A DNA stretch of 63,889 bases, counting the filler, from Craspedostauros australis (lineage: Eukaryota), in assembly GCA_030167865.1 (NCBI GenBank). It is 9 parts of 9 records of this genome, joined end to end, with 100 filler letters (N's around TTAATTAATTAA, not from the genome) between each part and the next. Parts side by side here need not be neighbours in the genome. Positions count along the whole stretch, not along the records: positions 1 to 10,750 come from JALAGF010004245.1; positions 10,851 to 28,406 come from JALAGF010004249.1; 7 more parts are not named here. One strand, 5' to 3'. Positions 1 through 12,931 of the stretch are shown here, piece by piece. The notes beneath the pieces are model-generated. The model searched no databases and was not told where the DNA came from. It saw nothing but the letters and a program-made list of their open reading frames with translations. Position 1 is the stretch's first letter; every line of letters begins with the position of its first letter. The translations under genes and the position numbers were made by a program.

Positions 1-1071
1 CTTATTCCCTGCAGTTCCAATGGTGAAATCGATTCACGCCGTGCTCTGCCATGGTGTGGGTACGGGATCAAGACCGCCAATCGAATTCGAGGGAGAGCAG
101 GTCGTGCATTTCGTGCAGGTAACCCTTCGTCATACTTGGGCCCACTTATCATCCGTGCCGTCCTCAGCTTTGGTCCTTGGAGCAAGTCCATCCATGCTCT
201 GCCTGTCAGTCGCTTGCATATATGCATCGTTATCACCTATGGATCCAATTCTGCTGACGCCTGTCATACTGCTTTCTAGATGCTGAGGCCTCCCGATATC
301 ATCAATCCTTGCTTGAGGCTTCCTATCGTTTGGAGGAATGTTCGCGTAGATGTTGGTCACAGTGCGAGATGTGCTGCCGAAGGATGCAGGTGCTGGCACT
401 GAGGTCGCCATGCAGCGCGATGTAGAAAGAGCCAAGATGTATGTCGAATATAGTGTAGTGCAATTCAAGGCAAGCAAGTCATCATTCGATGTTCGAGGTT
501 GGAGAGAAAGGGTGGTGTGAGCGAGTGGATTTATAAGTGGGAAGAGCAATGGACGTTTGCGAAGATTCCGCCTTCAAGGCTCTTGGCCATGACAGGATGT
601 TCGCAAATGCATCGGCAACCACAATCGCAATCACAACTGTCACCTTCATCCACAGCAATGGCAACAGCAACAGCAACAGCAATAATCCCATCGTCAATCC
701 TGCCAACGCCGCCAAGTCCATGGACATTTAGAAGACAGCCGGAAGGGGGGACGCACCGCGGTTGGGGGGATTACTGAAGTAACGTGATATTCTAAACTTG
801 AATGATTGTGAAATCCTGCTCAGGTTTTGCAGTTCGAATATGTTCACCTGCCATTCTCGTCCATGTGAATATGTAGAATATGGATATGCAGCGCACGTTG
901 TGCCCCCCCATCCGGGTGTGTTAGTCGGCTCAAGACTGTTGCTGAATGTCTCGCTTGGACAAGCTGGCGTCGCCACGATGAGATGCCTAGAATCAGGCTG
1001 GCCTGATCCAGAGATCTCATCGAGGGGCACACCTTGCTCTTGCGTTGGACCGCAAGGCATGGCATGATGGA

Positions 1072-2876
1072 TTAGAATGAAATCCCTTCCATCACGAATG
1101 GATTCGCACTCGATGAAAAGAGCAAAGATGCTTCGGGCATCAATTCAAACAGGACAGAGGACAACTCACCCTCAAAGCCATCCTGGATGCTGGTGAACTT
1201 TGATCCTGGTGTGCTGAAGATGAATGGCGCGGCCGTCTGCTGATCTTGCCCCAGTCCCTGTTCTCGTTCTTGAGGCTGCAGTTGCTGCTGCTGATGATGC
1301 TGTTGGTGAGGCTGCTCTCTTGCATACAACTCGAACGAGGGAAAGGGAGGAACTGAGAGCGACGGTGCAGCTTCATGCTTCATCAAGTACGTGGGTGCAT
1401 CTTGCTGCTGATATTGCTGTTGTTTCCACGCTGTTGCTGCCACTGATGTTGTTTGGACGCCGGCGATGCTTTGCGTTTCTTCGGCCGCCAGCTGCTTCAA
1501 GAGAATCTTGGTTGCCAGGACCAGGTCATTTGCTTCGATACCGTCTGTCCGAGCGACCGTGTTAGTTGCCACCATATGTGGCATCGCGGAGGGGATCTGA
1601 GGAACCTGGAATGATGCTGGGAGGGCATTTTGAATCGCCGGAGCCTGAAGGTCTCCCGCTTGTTGGCGTGACGGCGATGCACCATCAAGCGGGACAGGTT
1701 CAAACTCCTCGGGATTGTACCCAAAACAAGGCTGCGATTGCACTGAATTGGTGGCAATCGATGCGTTGTCGTGTTGTTGCTGGGCGAACGATAGATCTGC
1801 TACGTTGTAGGGCGTAGGCGGAGATGCCGGGTCGAAGGCACCGAACTTGCTTGGAACATAGGAGTCCAACGCGGGCGTGCTTGCAGAACCGACATCCCCG
1901 TACTGCGCGGCATCCTTCCGTTGCTTCTTAGTTGGACTGGGGCTGGGCGCTTTTCCATCCTCGTCATCGTCGGATGAATGGGCGAGTGCAGTGGCTGCCG
2001 GCGATGCAGCGGTGCTTGCTGCTTGAGATGACTTGCGCCTGCGTCGTCGTCGCTTCAGCTCCTTGCTGTCCATATTCTGCAACCGCTCCTGTTGCTGCCT
2101 CTTGACCGTCTCGAACAAGTCGGTCATTCTGTGCTCCTTGCGGGCAAGCTTCACGGCATCGCGAAGCGCTTGGCCAACCTTCACGCACGCCATTTTGTCG
2201 GTCACTGCCTGCCATCGGCCAGCTGATTGGTCGTACCGGACGAAGCCGCGGCCACCGACCAGCACGGCTTTTTCTTGGATGGCGTGAGAGATGGAGACCA
2301 CGATGACTGTCTTGTCTTGGCGCGTTGGTGCAGAGATGTACGTCTCGAGATGTTCATCAACGCATTCGCGAAATCTTTGGTTGCCGACTGAAGATTGCCA
2401 AAGAGCAGCGCGAGGGCGATAATGCCGCAGGGGTCATTTGGAGGGGTGCGAATGTTCGCGGTGAACCAACGAGAATGCGAATATCAGTCAGGATTATTCA
2501 TGGTGCGCCAGACAATGAACGAAGTGTGATCGCTGCTCCCAGCCGAAGCGACTCAGTTTCTTCACATCAACAAACAAATTCGAAAGCGCGGGGCGTCGAG
2601 GTGATGTGATGTGATGCGATGCGATGTGTTGGGTGAAGCCATGTATCGTCACACCAGATGCATCCCATGGTGTGGTGCCGCGTGGTACAGTACGGATCAC
2701 CTCCGTCTCGATCATCTCTCCTGCGCACGATGTATCATTCTGTACTTACCGTGTTGGAAGCACTCCTTACCGCGTTGGCAGATAACATCCCACTCGGTCG
2801 GTGCATAGTTGCTGGGGAGTGTGATAACCTCTTCGGTGCCTTTCTTCGTCATTTTCGTTGCTGTCGGACTTGACAT
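1072..2876 (-). CDS. DUF6824-like putative transcription regulator, two exons (2876-2750, 2387-1072), ~480 aa
   Basis: Exon 1 MSSPTATK...PTEWDVICQRGKECFQH, donor G|GTAAGT at 2749, acceptor TTCAG at 2388. Exon 2 VGNQRFRECVDEHLETY...GGRGFVRY...W..VTDKMACVKVGQALRD completes the DVIC.RG..H.GN.RFR...GF....W......KV.QALRD pattern. Basic NLS (KRRRRRRK) and Q-rich tail follow. Confidence 0.85.
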
Positions 2877-3699
2877 GTGAGCGCGAGTCTTGAATGATCG
2901 GATGAATGCGTGTTGATCGATTTGTTGTTATGCTGCGATGCTGTGGTGGTTTGAGCTGGACCGGACTGGGCTTTGGATTTGGCTTGCTTCTGATCTTGTG
3001 TTGTGAGTGTTGTGAGATAAATTGATGCTGTTGCCTTTGTTTGAGCTTGCTTCAGTCTTGTGCCTTTTGGAATGCGCGCAGAGTTGCTTTGTGGTACTCT
3101 GCTACTGAGAATGAGTACTCGCTATGTGTATGGTTTGCATGCCCTCGTGTGGTGTGGCGTGGTGTGGCGTGGTGTGGCGTGACGTGACGTGGCGTGGTGA
3201 GGGTGCACGTAGTAACGTTAGGCGCTTTGCTTGGAAGATTGTTGAAGCCATAAGAGGATCTTTTTTGTGTGTTGGTGAGTGTTGCGAGTTGGGGAAAGAT
3301 ATTTTCGGAACGGCCAGCGGTGATATCCGTTTCTGCGTGCTTCTCCAGTGAAGCAAATATCAGAAGCCCTGGTGACAAATACGACCTACTCTGCCTCGTG
3401 GTGGCTCGTACTGGTATTGGTACCAGTTTTGGTACAGGGGAAGGTTGCTATGCCGTCGTCGAAGACCGGCAGTGTGGTTGGAGAAGTGCTGTGAGTCGCC
3501 CGCCACCAGAGTAGTGGATGAGTGAGACTGTGGCAGGAATGCGAACAGGCGTGTTGTTCGCGTCTGGATGCTGGTGTGTACTGAGCGCGCGTTCACCCAG
3601 GGTTTGGCTGTGTTGGGGATGGTATAGTCGTACGAGGGGATCGGGTGCGGCTGAAAGTGATGTTGCTGATCTCAGTGTGGTTCAATGCCTCACCGTGTA

Positions 3700-3749
3700 T
3701 TGTTGTTGTTGTTGTTGTTGTTGTTGCTGCTGCTGCTGCTACTACTACT
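3700..3749. repeat. Compound trinucleotide microsatellite (TTG)n(CTG)n(CTA)n; duplicate at 10392-10441
   Basis: Read directly; explains the poly-C/V/T/N ORFs here. Confidence 0.95.
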
Positions 3750-4835
3750 GCTCTTGTTGTTGTGATCGCTCTTGCTGTTGTCGCAGTTGCAGTGGCCGGA
3801 GGATGTGATGATTTTCGTGTAGAGCGCAGAGAATATGATCGTGCACGCGCCACTATTTGACGAATGGTTGCGGAACTTCAAGCTGCTTCGTTCTGAAGAT
3901 TGATAGTCTGTTTTGATGTCTGTTCAGGAATGTGCTCAATCGCGTCGTGGGACGTCGTGCTTTCGTTTTGTGAGAAGGGTGATCAACTGGCGCGAGCGTG
4001 GGTGGTGTGGTATGTTATCCTTCTGTTTGACAGGATTACGTTTTGTTGTGGAGTGGAGTGTTCTATTGCTTTCGTTGCGAAGGAGAAGTGGAGAGAGAGA
4101 GAGGTCTCTCTTTTGCATGATGGGTGTGGGGAAAGGAGACGGAACCCTGAAATGGAGCAAGGCCGTGTTGATGGAACAGTCGGAGAGGACGATGGATGGG
4201 TCCGATGCTTCTTGTTGTTCTGGATGCTTCTTTGGGGATGGCACAGATACCGTTCCTCCAATGTTGTGTTTGCCGCCGGTATCGTTCCAATGCTTTTTGT
4301 CAATTTGTCGGATGCTCCATTTCGATCCAGCAGATTCTTGGAACCCAAGCACCAATGATCATGTGATGTGCAAGGCGGAGGCAGTACCTATGCACGTAGC
4401 TACTGGCCCAGCCCAGGCCAATGTCCCTGTTTCCTTGAAGAAGAGGACCAACAAGCCACCCAACCCATGTCGGCGAGGTTGATGAGTTTTGTTTGGCCGA
4501 AACAAGACGATGTCTCAATCGTGTCACATTTGAAGTTATCACTTATCATCCAAGGACGGCGAACAACCTTCGCCCACGGGACTGTCGCGAAAGTCACGAC
4601 AAACGATCTGGATTACCTGAGCATTGTGGATCGATCTGTTCTCCGAATGTTTGGTGCTGAGACGATACCAGAACAACGAGGAAATTCACGAACCAGCCGT
4701 TTTGAAGCGCCGATTTCCACCAACCAGCCTGTTTGTGTTACTTAAAGTACCGAAACATCCGAATGTCCACGCGACGTCCCAGGGACACAATGGTTTCGCA
4801 TCGGCCCTCAAGGCTAGTAGATAAATGTAGATTGC

Positions 4836-5190
4836 TGTTGGCAAGTTCCGCTCACGGAAGCCTACGATCGTGGAAGACGGTGTTGTTGATAGTCGGTCTG
4901 TTTGCTATTTCATTAGTTGAGCACTCCGATCCTCTTGGTGTCTCCGTTGTCTTGCCCAATGCTCTTGGCGCGTTTGTCTATCTCGTAGATTGGGTTGTCC
5001 GACTATGAGTCGGCACGCAAGATGCTCTCTCGCTGTTATTCGTATTCTCTCTCTCTCTCTCTCTCTCTCAATATTGTGTACTTATGCTACACAATGTTCC
5101 ACATTCAATGCGTGCTCCGCATTCAACGCTCTGTTCGTTCACTACTGGTTCCTACTCCATGGGTGCTTACCATTTGAACTTCACCTCTCG
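4836..5190 (+). mobile_element. LTR-like repeat (TGTTGGCAAG...CAATA, ~4836-5073) plus adjacent internal sequence; same family as 44844-45196
   Basis: Clear alignment with 44844-45196 starting exactly at TGTTGG; (TC)n tract; the other copy ends in CAACA, giving TG...CA termini. Confidence 0.7.
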
Positions 5191-6692
5191 TATCCATGGC
5201 CTTGATGTCCTTCGGTCATTGGATCTTCGTCTCCTGCTCTGACATGGAGACAGACGCCGACGTGGTGACACGATGACATCCTGTCAATGTCAGTAGGCGT
5301 CCTTCTGCTCTCCAGATGCCACGTTCCATTGCTGATGCGATGGTCTCTCAGATGATATCATCATCTGGGGGTTAGTTGGGAAATACATCAAGTTTCGCTC
5401 GATGCCATACGTTTCCATTGGTTGATGGACAGACGATGTTCCTGATACTCTCAGAAATCGCTGTTTGCATCTTTCCTTCAGATATTCTGCTCATTTTCAT
5501 GTGTTCAATTTGGTGATGTGATTTTGTTCAATCACAGTTCACTCATGACATGAATGTAGTTGTACTGCCTGTACATGAGTTAAGAGAACAATGGGTGAGC
5601 GATGCACATACACATTTGCACATTCCTACAGTCGTGGATGATTTTTCCACTTGCTTGCACCATTGCACAGGGAGTGAGTGATGCCTACAAACATACCAAC
5701 ATGCACACAAAACCCCAACAAACAAGTACATGGAAGGCTCTCATTCAAAGCTACACACTGAGGAATTGGCAAGGTGCATCCCAGAGACGTTGACAACAAC
5801 AAGTCAGAACAAAACGAGCAAGTTCCATTGTGCAACGCACAGCATACACAACTTTGATGCATACAAGAGCGTTGGGTGAACGCAACTAGAATGTGGTGAA
5901 CCCTGTAAGATCAAGCACCTTGATAGTGGCAGTAGGCAGTCGTGTATTCTAATGCAGTGCAGAAAATAATGCTGTGTTTGCGATCATGATGCGCAGCAGG
6001 GGACTCCCAAAATGATGACTCGTGCACGCGACAAGCCACCCTGTAGTATGTACACGAAGCTCGTATTTGCCCACATGATCGCCGCGAACAGAAAGGAGAC
6101 AAATTGAACGAAGATCTGATACTGGGATGGAGGTATCTCATTTAGCAACTCAGAGAAATGACGTCACATGTTGATATGGTGATGCGAGACACTGCGGAGA
6201 CAAAAAAGAGTCTGTTGATGACGTGGTTGCGAGCGTGCAGCACTCGGGAAGGAGTATTGGGAAGAACAGGAACAGTGTTTACCGCAGCTTCCAATTTAAC
6301 CCTTTACCGTTAATGACAGTCCCAACTCATGTCCCACAGCAAACTCGTCCGAGTGGAGTAGTATTGTCCGACAAATGGAGAACAAGGCGAAGGTTCTGCA
6401 TTTTCATCCTTCACCTGTCACAACCGTGTGAGAACAATGTTTCATTCTTCCTGTGGGTCTGAACGACTCATGCGAACACGTCCAGGTATGGACAGACGAG
6501 GGCGAAGAGAACCACCCAAGAAAAGCACGGGCAATCATACACATAATATTATGTCATAGCATTGTGGTATTGTATAGTAGCATGGCGAGGCCCACCCATG
6601 GTTCTTTCCAACAAGCGTCTCTCTCAACGCAACACAGTAGGTCAGCGCAACACCGGCAATCAGAAGCGAAAGAGTGGCGTTCGTTTCCCAGG

Positions 6693-9600
6693 CTTATTCC
6701 CTGCAGTTCCAATGGTGAAATCGATTCACGCCGTGCTCTGCCATGGTGTGGGTACGGGATCAAGACCGCCAATCGAATTCGAGGGAGAGCAGGTCGTGCA
6801 TTTCGTGCAGGTAACCCTTCGTCATACTTGGGCCCACTTATCATCCGTGCCGTCCTCAGCTTTGGTCCTTGGAGCAAGTCCATCCATGCTCTGCCTGTCA
6901 GTCGCTTGCATATATGCATCGTTATCACCTATGGATCCAATTCTGCTGACGCCTGTCATACTGCTTTCTAGATGCTGAGGCCTCCCGATATCATCAATCC
7001 TTGCTTGAGGCTTCCTATCGTTTGGAGGAATGTTCGCGTAGATGTTGGTCACAGTGCGAGATGTGCTGCCGAAGGATGCAGGTGCTGGCACTGAGGTCGC
7101 CATGCAGCGCGATGTAGAAAGAGCCAAGATGTATGTCGAATATAGTGTAGTGCAATTCAAGGCAAGCAAGTCATCATTCGATGTTCGAGGTTGGAGAGAA
7201 AGGGTGGTGTGAGCGAGTGGATTTATAAGTGGGAAGAGCAATGGACGTTTGCGAAGATTCCGCCTTCAAGGCTCTTGGCCATGACAGGATGTTCGCAAAT
7301 GCATCGGCAACCACAATCGCAATCACAACTGTCACCTTCATCCACAGCAATGGCAACAGCAACAGCAACAGCAATAATCCCATCGTCAATCCTGCCAACG
7401 CCGCCAAGTCCATGGACATTTAGAAGACAGCCGGAAGGGGGGACGCACCGCGGTTGGGGGGATTACTGAAGTAACGTGATATTCTAAACTTGAATGATTG
7501 TGAAATCCTGCTCAGGTTTTGCAGTTCGAATATGTTCACCTGCCATTCTCGTCCATGTGAATATGTAGAATATGGATATGCAGCGCACGTTGTGCCCCCC
7601 CATCCGGGTGTGTTAGTCGGCTCAAGACTGTTGCTGAATGTCTCGCTTGGACAAGCTGGCGTCGCCACGATGAGATGCCTAGAATCAGGCTGGCCTGATC
7701 CAGAGATCTCATCGAGGGGCACACCTTGCTCTTGCGTTGGACCGCAAGGCATGGCATGATGGATTAGAATGAAATCCCTTCCATCACGAATGGATTCGCA
7801 CTCGATGAAAAGAGCAAAGATGCTTCGGGCATCAATTCAAACAGGACAGAGGACAACTCACCCTCAAAGCCATCCTGGATGCTGGTGAACTTTGATCCTG
7901 GTGTGCTGAAGATGAATGGCGCGGCCGTCTGCTGATCTTGCCCCAGTCCCTGTTCTCGTTCTTGAGGCTGCAGTTGCTGCTGCTGATGATGCTGTTGGTG
8001 AGGCTGCTCTCTTGCATACAACTCGAACGAGGGAAAGGGAGGAACTGAGAGCGACGGTGCAGCTTCATGCTTCATCAAGTACGTGGGTGCATCTTGCTGC
8101 TGATATTGCTGTTGTTTCCACGCTGTTGCTGCCACTGATGTTGTTTGGACGCCGGCGATGCTTTGCGTTTCTTCGGCCGCCAGCTGCTTCAAGAGAATCT
8201 TGGTTGCCAGGACCAGGTCATTTGCTTCGATACCGTCTGTCCGAGCGACCGTGTTAGTTGCCACCATATGTGGCATCGCGGAGGGGATCTGAGGAACCTG
8301 GAATGATGCTGGGAGGGCATTTTGAATCGCCGGAGCCTGAAGGTCTCCCGCTTGTTGGCGTGACGGCGATGCACCATCAAGCGGGACAGGTTCAAACTCC
8401 TCGGGATTGTACCCAAAACAAGGCTGCGATTGCACTGAATTGGTGGCAATCGATGCGTTGTCGTGTTGTTGCTGGGCGAACGATAGATCTGCTACGTTGT
8501 AGGGCGTAGGCGGAGATGCCGGGTCGAAGGCACCGAACTTGCTTGGAACATAGGAGTCCAACGCGGGCGTGCTTGCAGAACCGACATCCCCGTACTGCGC
8601 GGCATCCTTCCGTTGCTTCTTAGTTGGACTGGGGCTGGGCGCTTTTCCATCCTCGTCATCGTCGGATGAATGGGCGAGTGCAGTGGCTGCCGGCGATGCA
8701 GCGGTGCTTGCTGCTTGAGATGACTTGCGCCTGCGTCGTCGTCGCTTCAGCTCCTTGCTGTCCATATTCTGCAACCGCTCCTGTTGCTGCCTCTTGACCG
8801 TCTCGAACAAGTCGGTCATTCTGTGCTCCTTGCGGGCAAGCTTCACGGCATCGCGAAGCGCTTGGCCAACCTTCACGCACGCCATTTTGTCGGTCACTGC
8901 CTGCCATCGGCCAGCTGATTGGTCGTACCGGACGAAGCCGCGGCCACCGACCAGCACGGCTTTTTCTTGGATGGCGTGAGAGATGGAGACCACGATGACT
9001 GTCTTGTCTTGGCGCGTTGGTGCAGAGATGTACGTCTCGAGATGTTCATCAACGCATTCGCGAAATCTTTGGTTGCCGACTGAAGATTGCCAAAGAGCAG
9101 CGCGAGGGCGATAATGCCGCAGGGGTCATTTGGAGGGGTGCGAATGTTCGCGGTGAACCAACGAGAATGCGAATATCAGTCAGGATTATTCATGGTGCGC
9201 CAGACAATGAACGAAGTGTGATCGCTGCTCCCAGCCGAAGCGACTCAGTTTCTTCACATCAACAAACAAATTCGAAAGCGCGGGGCGTCGAGGTGATGTG
9301 ATGTGATGCGATGCGATGTGTTGGGTGAAGCCATGTATCGTCACACCAGATGCATCCCATGGTGTGGTGCCGCGTGGTACAGTACGGATCACCTCCGTCT
9401 CGATCATCTCTCCTGCGCACGATGTATCATTCTGTACTTACCGTGTTGGAAGCACTCCTTACCGCGTTGGCAGATAACATCCCACTCGGTCGGTGCATAG
9501 TTGCTGGGGAGTGTGATAACCTCTTCGGTGCCTTTCTTCGTCATTTTCGTTGCTGTCGGACTTGACATGTGAGCGCGAGTCTTGAATGATCGGATGAATG

Positions 9601-10750
9601 CGTGTTGATCGATTTGTTGTTATGCTGCGATGCTGTGGTGGTTTGAGCTGGACCGGACTGGGCTTTGGATTTGGCTTGCTTCTGATCTTGTGTTGTGAGT
9701 GTTGTGAGATAAATTGATGCTGTTGCCTTTGTTTGAGCTTGCTTCAGTCTTGTGCCTTTTGGAATGCGCGCAGAGTTGCTTTGTGGTACTCTGCTACTGA
9801 GAATGAGTACTCGCTATGTGTATGGTTTGCATGCCCTCGTGTGGTGTGGCGTGGTGTGGCGTGGTGTGGCGTGACGTGACGTGGCGTGGTGAGGGTGCAC
9901 GTAGTAACGTTAGGCGCTTTGCTTGGAAGATTGTTGAAGCCATAAGAGGATCTTTTTTGTGTGTTGGTGAGTGTTGCGAGTTGGGGAAAGATATTTTCGG
10001 AACGGCCAGCGGTGATATCCGTTTCTGCGTGCTTCTCCAGTGAAGCAAATATCAGAAGCCCTGGTGACAAATACGACCTACTCTGCCTCGTGGTGGCTCG
10101 TACTGGTATTGGTACCAGTTTTGGTACAGGGGAAGGTTGCTATGCCGTCGTCGAAGACCGGCAGTGTGGTTGGAGAAGTGCTGTGAGTCGCCCGCCACCA
10201 GAGTAGTGGATGAGTGAGACTGTGGCAGGAATGCGAACAGGCGTGTTGTTCGCGTCTGGATGCTGGTGTGTACTGAGCGCGCGTTCACCCAGGGTTTGGC
10301 TGTGTTGGGGATGGTATAGTCGTACGAGGGGATCGGGTGCGGCTGAAAGTGATGTTGCTGATCTCAGTGTGGTTCAATGCCTCACCGTGTATTGTTGTTG
10401 TTGTTGTTGTTGTTGTTGCTGCTGCTGCTGCTACTACTACTGCTCTTGTTGTTGTGATCGCTCTTGCTGTTGTCGCAGTTGCAGTGGCCGGAGGATGTGA
10501 TGATTTTCGTGTAGAGCGCAGAGAATATGATCGTGCACGCGCCACTATTTGACGAATGGTTGCGGAACTTCAAGCTGCTTCGTTCTGAAGATTGATAGTC
10601 TGTTTTGATGTCTGTTCAGGAATGTGCTCAATCGCGTCGTGGGACGTCGTGCTTTCGTTTTGTGAGAAGGGTGATCAACTGGCGCGAGCGTGGGTGGTGT
10701 GGTATGTTATCCTTCTGTTTGACAGGATTACGTTTTGTTGTGGAGTGGAG
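6693..10750. repeat. Direct duplication, copy B
   Basis: ORF track identical to 1-4058 shifted by 6692; ends at the N gap. Confidence 0.97.
7764..9568 (-). CDS. DUF6824-like putative transcription regulator, duplicate copy (exons 9568-9442, 9079-7764)
   Basis: Identical to 1072-2876 shifted by 6692. Confidence 0.85.
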
Positions 10751-10850
10751 NNNNNNNNNNNNNNNNNNNNNNNNNNNNNNNNNNNNNNNNNNNNTTAATT
10801 AATTAANNNNNNNNNNNNNNNNNNNNNNNNNNNNNNNNNNNNNNNNNNNN
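10751..10850. other. Artificial contig-join spacer 44N-TTAATTAATTAA-44N (also 28407-28506, 40503-40602, 45197-45296, 49689-49788, 56644-56743, 59029-59128, 60756-60855)
   Basis: Identical 100-nt structure with a six-frame stop linker at every occurrence. Confidence 0.98.
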
Positions 10851-12028
10851 TTCGTCTTCGTTTCTTGTGCTGACGCTTTTCTTAGCAGGTCGCCTGTGCT
10901 CTCTGCCACGAAGAATTGCAGCGGAGACATGGATTGCCTATGCAATTCACCTCTGGCATACTTCCTGTACGACACCCACAGCTGCGAGTCGTGCACGAAC
11001 AGTCGGCTATCATCCATCTCAGCGTGGATCATCGGTGGCAGAGAGTTATGTGGTCCTTTCGGAATCTCCTCCGTGGGGAGTATCGACGTCGGTGTTTCGA
11101 TGGTCGACATTGCAAGAGGCTGGAAGTGCTCGTTCATGATGATGATGTCAGTTTCATGCCGATGCGTGCGCCAGGTTGGAATTCGGTTCGATTTGTTCAG
11201 ATCATAGTTACATTGGTGATTGGTCTTGAAAACGACCGAAACAACATACCTCGCAGTCGGAAAACTGTCCGTGACGGATTGGTAGCTTGTTGTTTGCGTT
11301 GACGTTGGTAAATCTGCTGCCGATGTTGACAGCCGCGAAAGATCGATGATGGTTGGGTTGGTTCCATCCATCAGGGGCGCACGGGACCCCATGGACGCAA
11401 GATTCTTGCACAACTTTGTTGCCAGTGGTGGAGATGACGAAGACTCATTTGGAGTCGACGACACAGTCAATAGAATGGGCTTCTCGCCGTAGATGTACTG
11501 ACACGACTTGAGGAAATCGTAAGGATAATCCGGAGATGTGATTCCGTACAACCGTTTCGTGGGGTGATCGGCGTAATCCCGAAAGCGGCATGATGGATCT
11601 GACTTGGGTATTTCTGTGGCTGAGGTTAGTGCAGATTGCTGAAGTTTGTTCACGTTGAGATCGATTGTCGCCGATTGGTCTGGCTGGGTTGCCACCGTGT
11701 CGAGATTTGGCGGTGCGGTAGATTGGTCAGGCTCAGGTGAATTGGTACTCGTGTATGAATTGGCATTGGCATTGGCATTAGCATTAGCACCAGTATCGAT
11801 GTTGATGGTGATATCGCCGTTGGTATTGATCGTTGGTGATGGATTGGCCTCAGGTTCGATGAGCCGTTGGGACAAACGCTGCATCATCGTGAAATTGCAT
11901 ATCAGAAAGCCCAGCACAAACACAGAGAGCACCAACGTGATCTGAGAGATTGCATTTCTGCCATTGTTGCTGTTGCTGGTATGGCCACGTCGTGCACGTG
12001 AAGTCGTTCCGGACTTCTTTTTTCCCAT
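10851..12028 (-). CDS. Type II membrane protein of unknown function, 3'-truncated by gap (possibly glycan-active)
   Basis: Long ORF with short basic N-tail, one TM helix (ITLVLSVFVLGFLICNF), low-complexity stem, then globular region with DDSRLFVHDSQLWVSY, loosely resembling the EDPRLF motif of GH130/GT91 propellers. Confidence 0.65.
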
Positions 12029-12931
12029 CTGACCTTCTCGTTGTTGGTGAGTAGCGGGTGTGGTGCTCGGGTGTTGGGGTGGAACGTATTGTGCTCACTG
12101 TCCAAACCGCAGCCTGTGATGTAGCAGATGTGATGCGAGCTTCTCTGAGAGCCTCTCTGAGATTGCTGGCCTGCCTGTCTTCTTTCCTATTCTATTATAC
12201 AATAGTTGCCACCCGCAGCGTCCTCTGGCCTGGACAATGGCATTGACAATGGCACAGACAGTGATATTATACAGGCTGGTGCTCGTCAGATGCCTTTGGC
12301 GAACTCTCGCTGGGTACGATGATCGAGGTGGCGGTCGGGATGAGGAGAAGCTGAGGAAGCAACGCTTGATGACTGTTGGAACAGCGCAGGCTCTGTTACA
12401 TCATTTGCTCCGCAGAGGTAGGTCCGGAGAGACGGAGGGATGGAGCGAGAGAGAGAGAGAGAGAGAGATAGAGGACTGGGGCTGTGTCGCAACTGAAGTC
12501 GGGAGGTATCAAGAACACTTGGCACGCCAATGACCGTGAGGGTGGCTGGAGTGTGTGGTTCGCTCTACGTGTGCGTTGGATGGATACGCGCCCGAGACAC
12601 AACAACAGTTGTTGGCATACGGTCCCACGACAGACGGCGCAGCACCACACCCCCATGTCAGCCTGTGCGGGGTCGGAGATGATCGCGATAATCACATCAT
12701 CACACAACACATCACATCACGTATCGTCTCCCGATCATCACAACAACAACTCGCAACGCATCACCATGCTTCGCCACCCGATCTCACTCCGATCTCCTCC
12801 TTCTCCTCCCGCTGCTCATAACACGTGATATAGTACAGACGCACACAGATTGACGACCGCAGCGGCATTACACATCCTCTGCGAATGGTGTGATCCTCGT
12901 ACGAATCTCTCCCTAGAGCGATCATGTTGAG

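Larger units (their letters stand above)
1..4058. repeat. Direct duplication, copy A (period 6,692 bp; matches 6693-10750)
   Basis: Position 1 sequence (CTTATTCCCTGCAG) recurs at 6693. Every ORF in 1-4058 reappears with identical translation at +6692. Copy B is cut by the gap at 10751, so the unit ends are not visible. Confidence 0.97.

Noticed and set aside
20..1067. Short ORFs downstream of the DUF6824-like gene and at 6223-7759
   Set aside because: No recognisable domain or consistent coding frame; a relic gene cannot be excluded.
3518..3881. Poly-Cys/Thr/Val/Asn ORFs as metallothionein-like proteins
   Set aside because: Translations of a trinucleotide microsatellite.
10795..10806. Recurrent TTAATTAATTAA palindrome as a biological motif
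   Set aside because: Always centred in 44+44 N; it is an artificial six-frame-stop linker.
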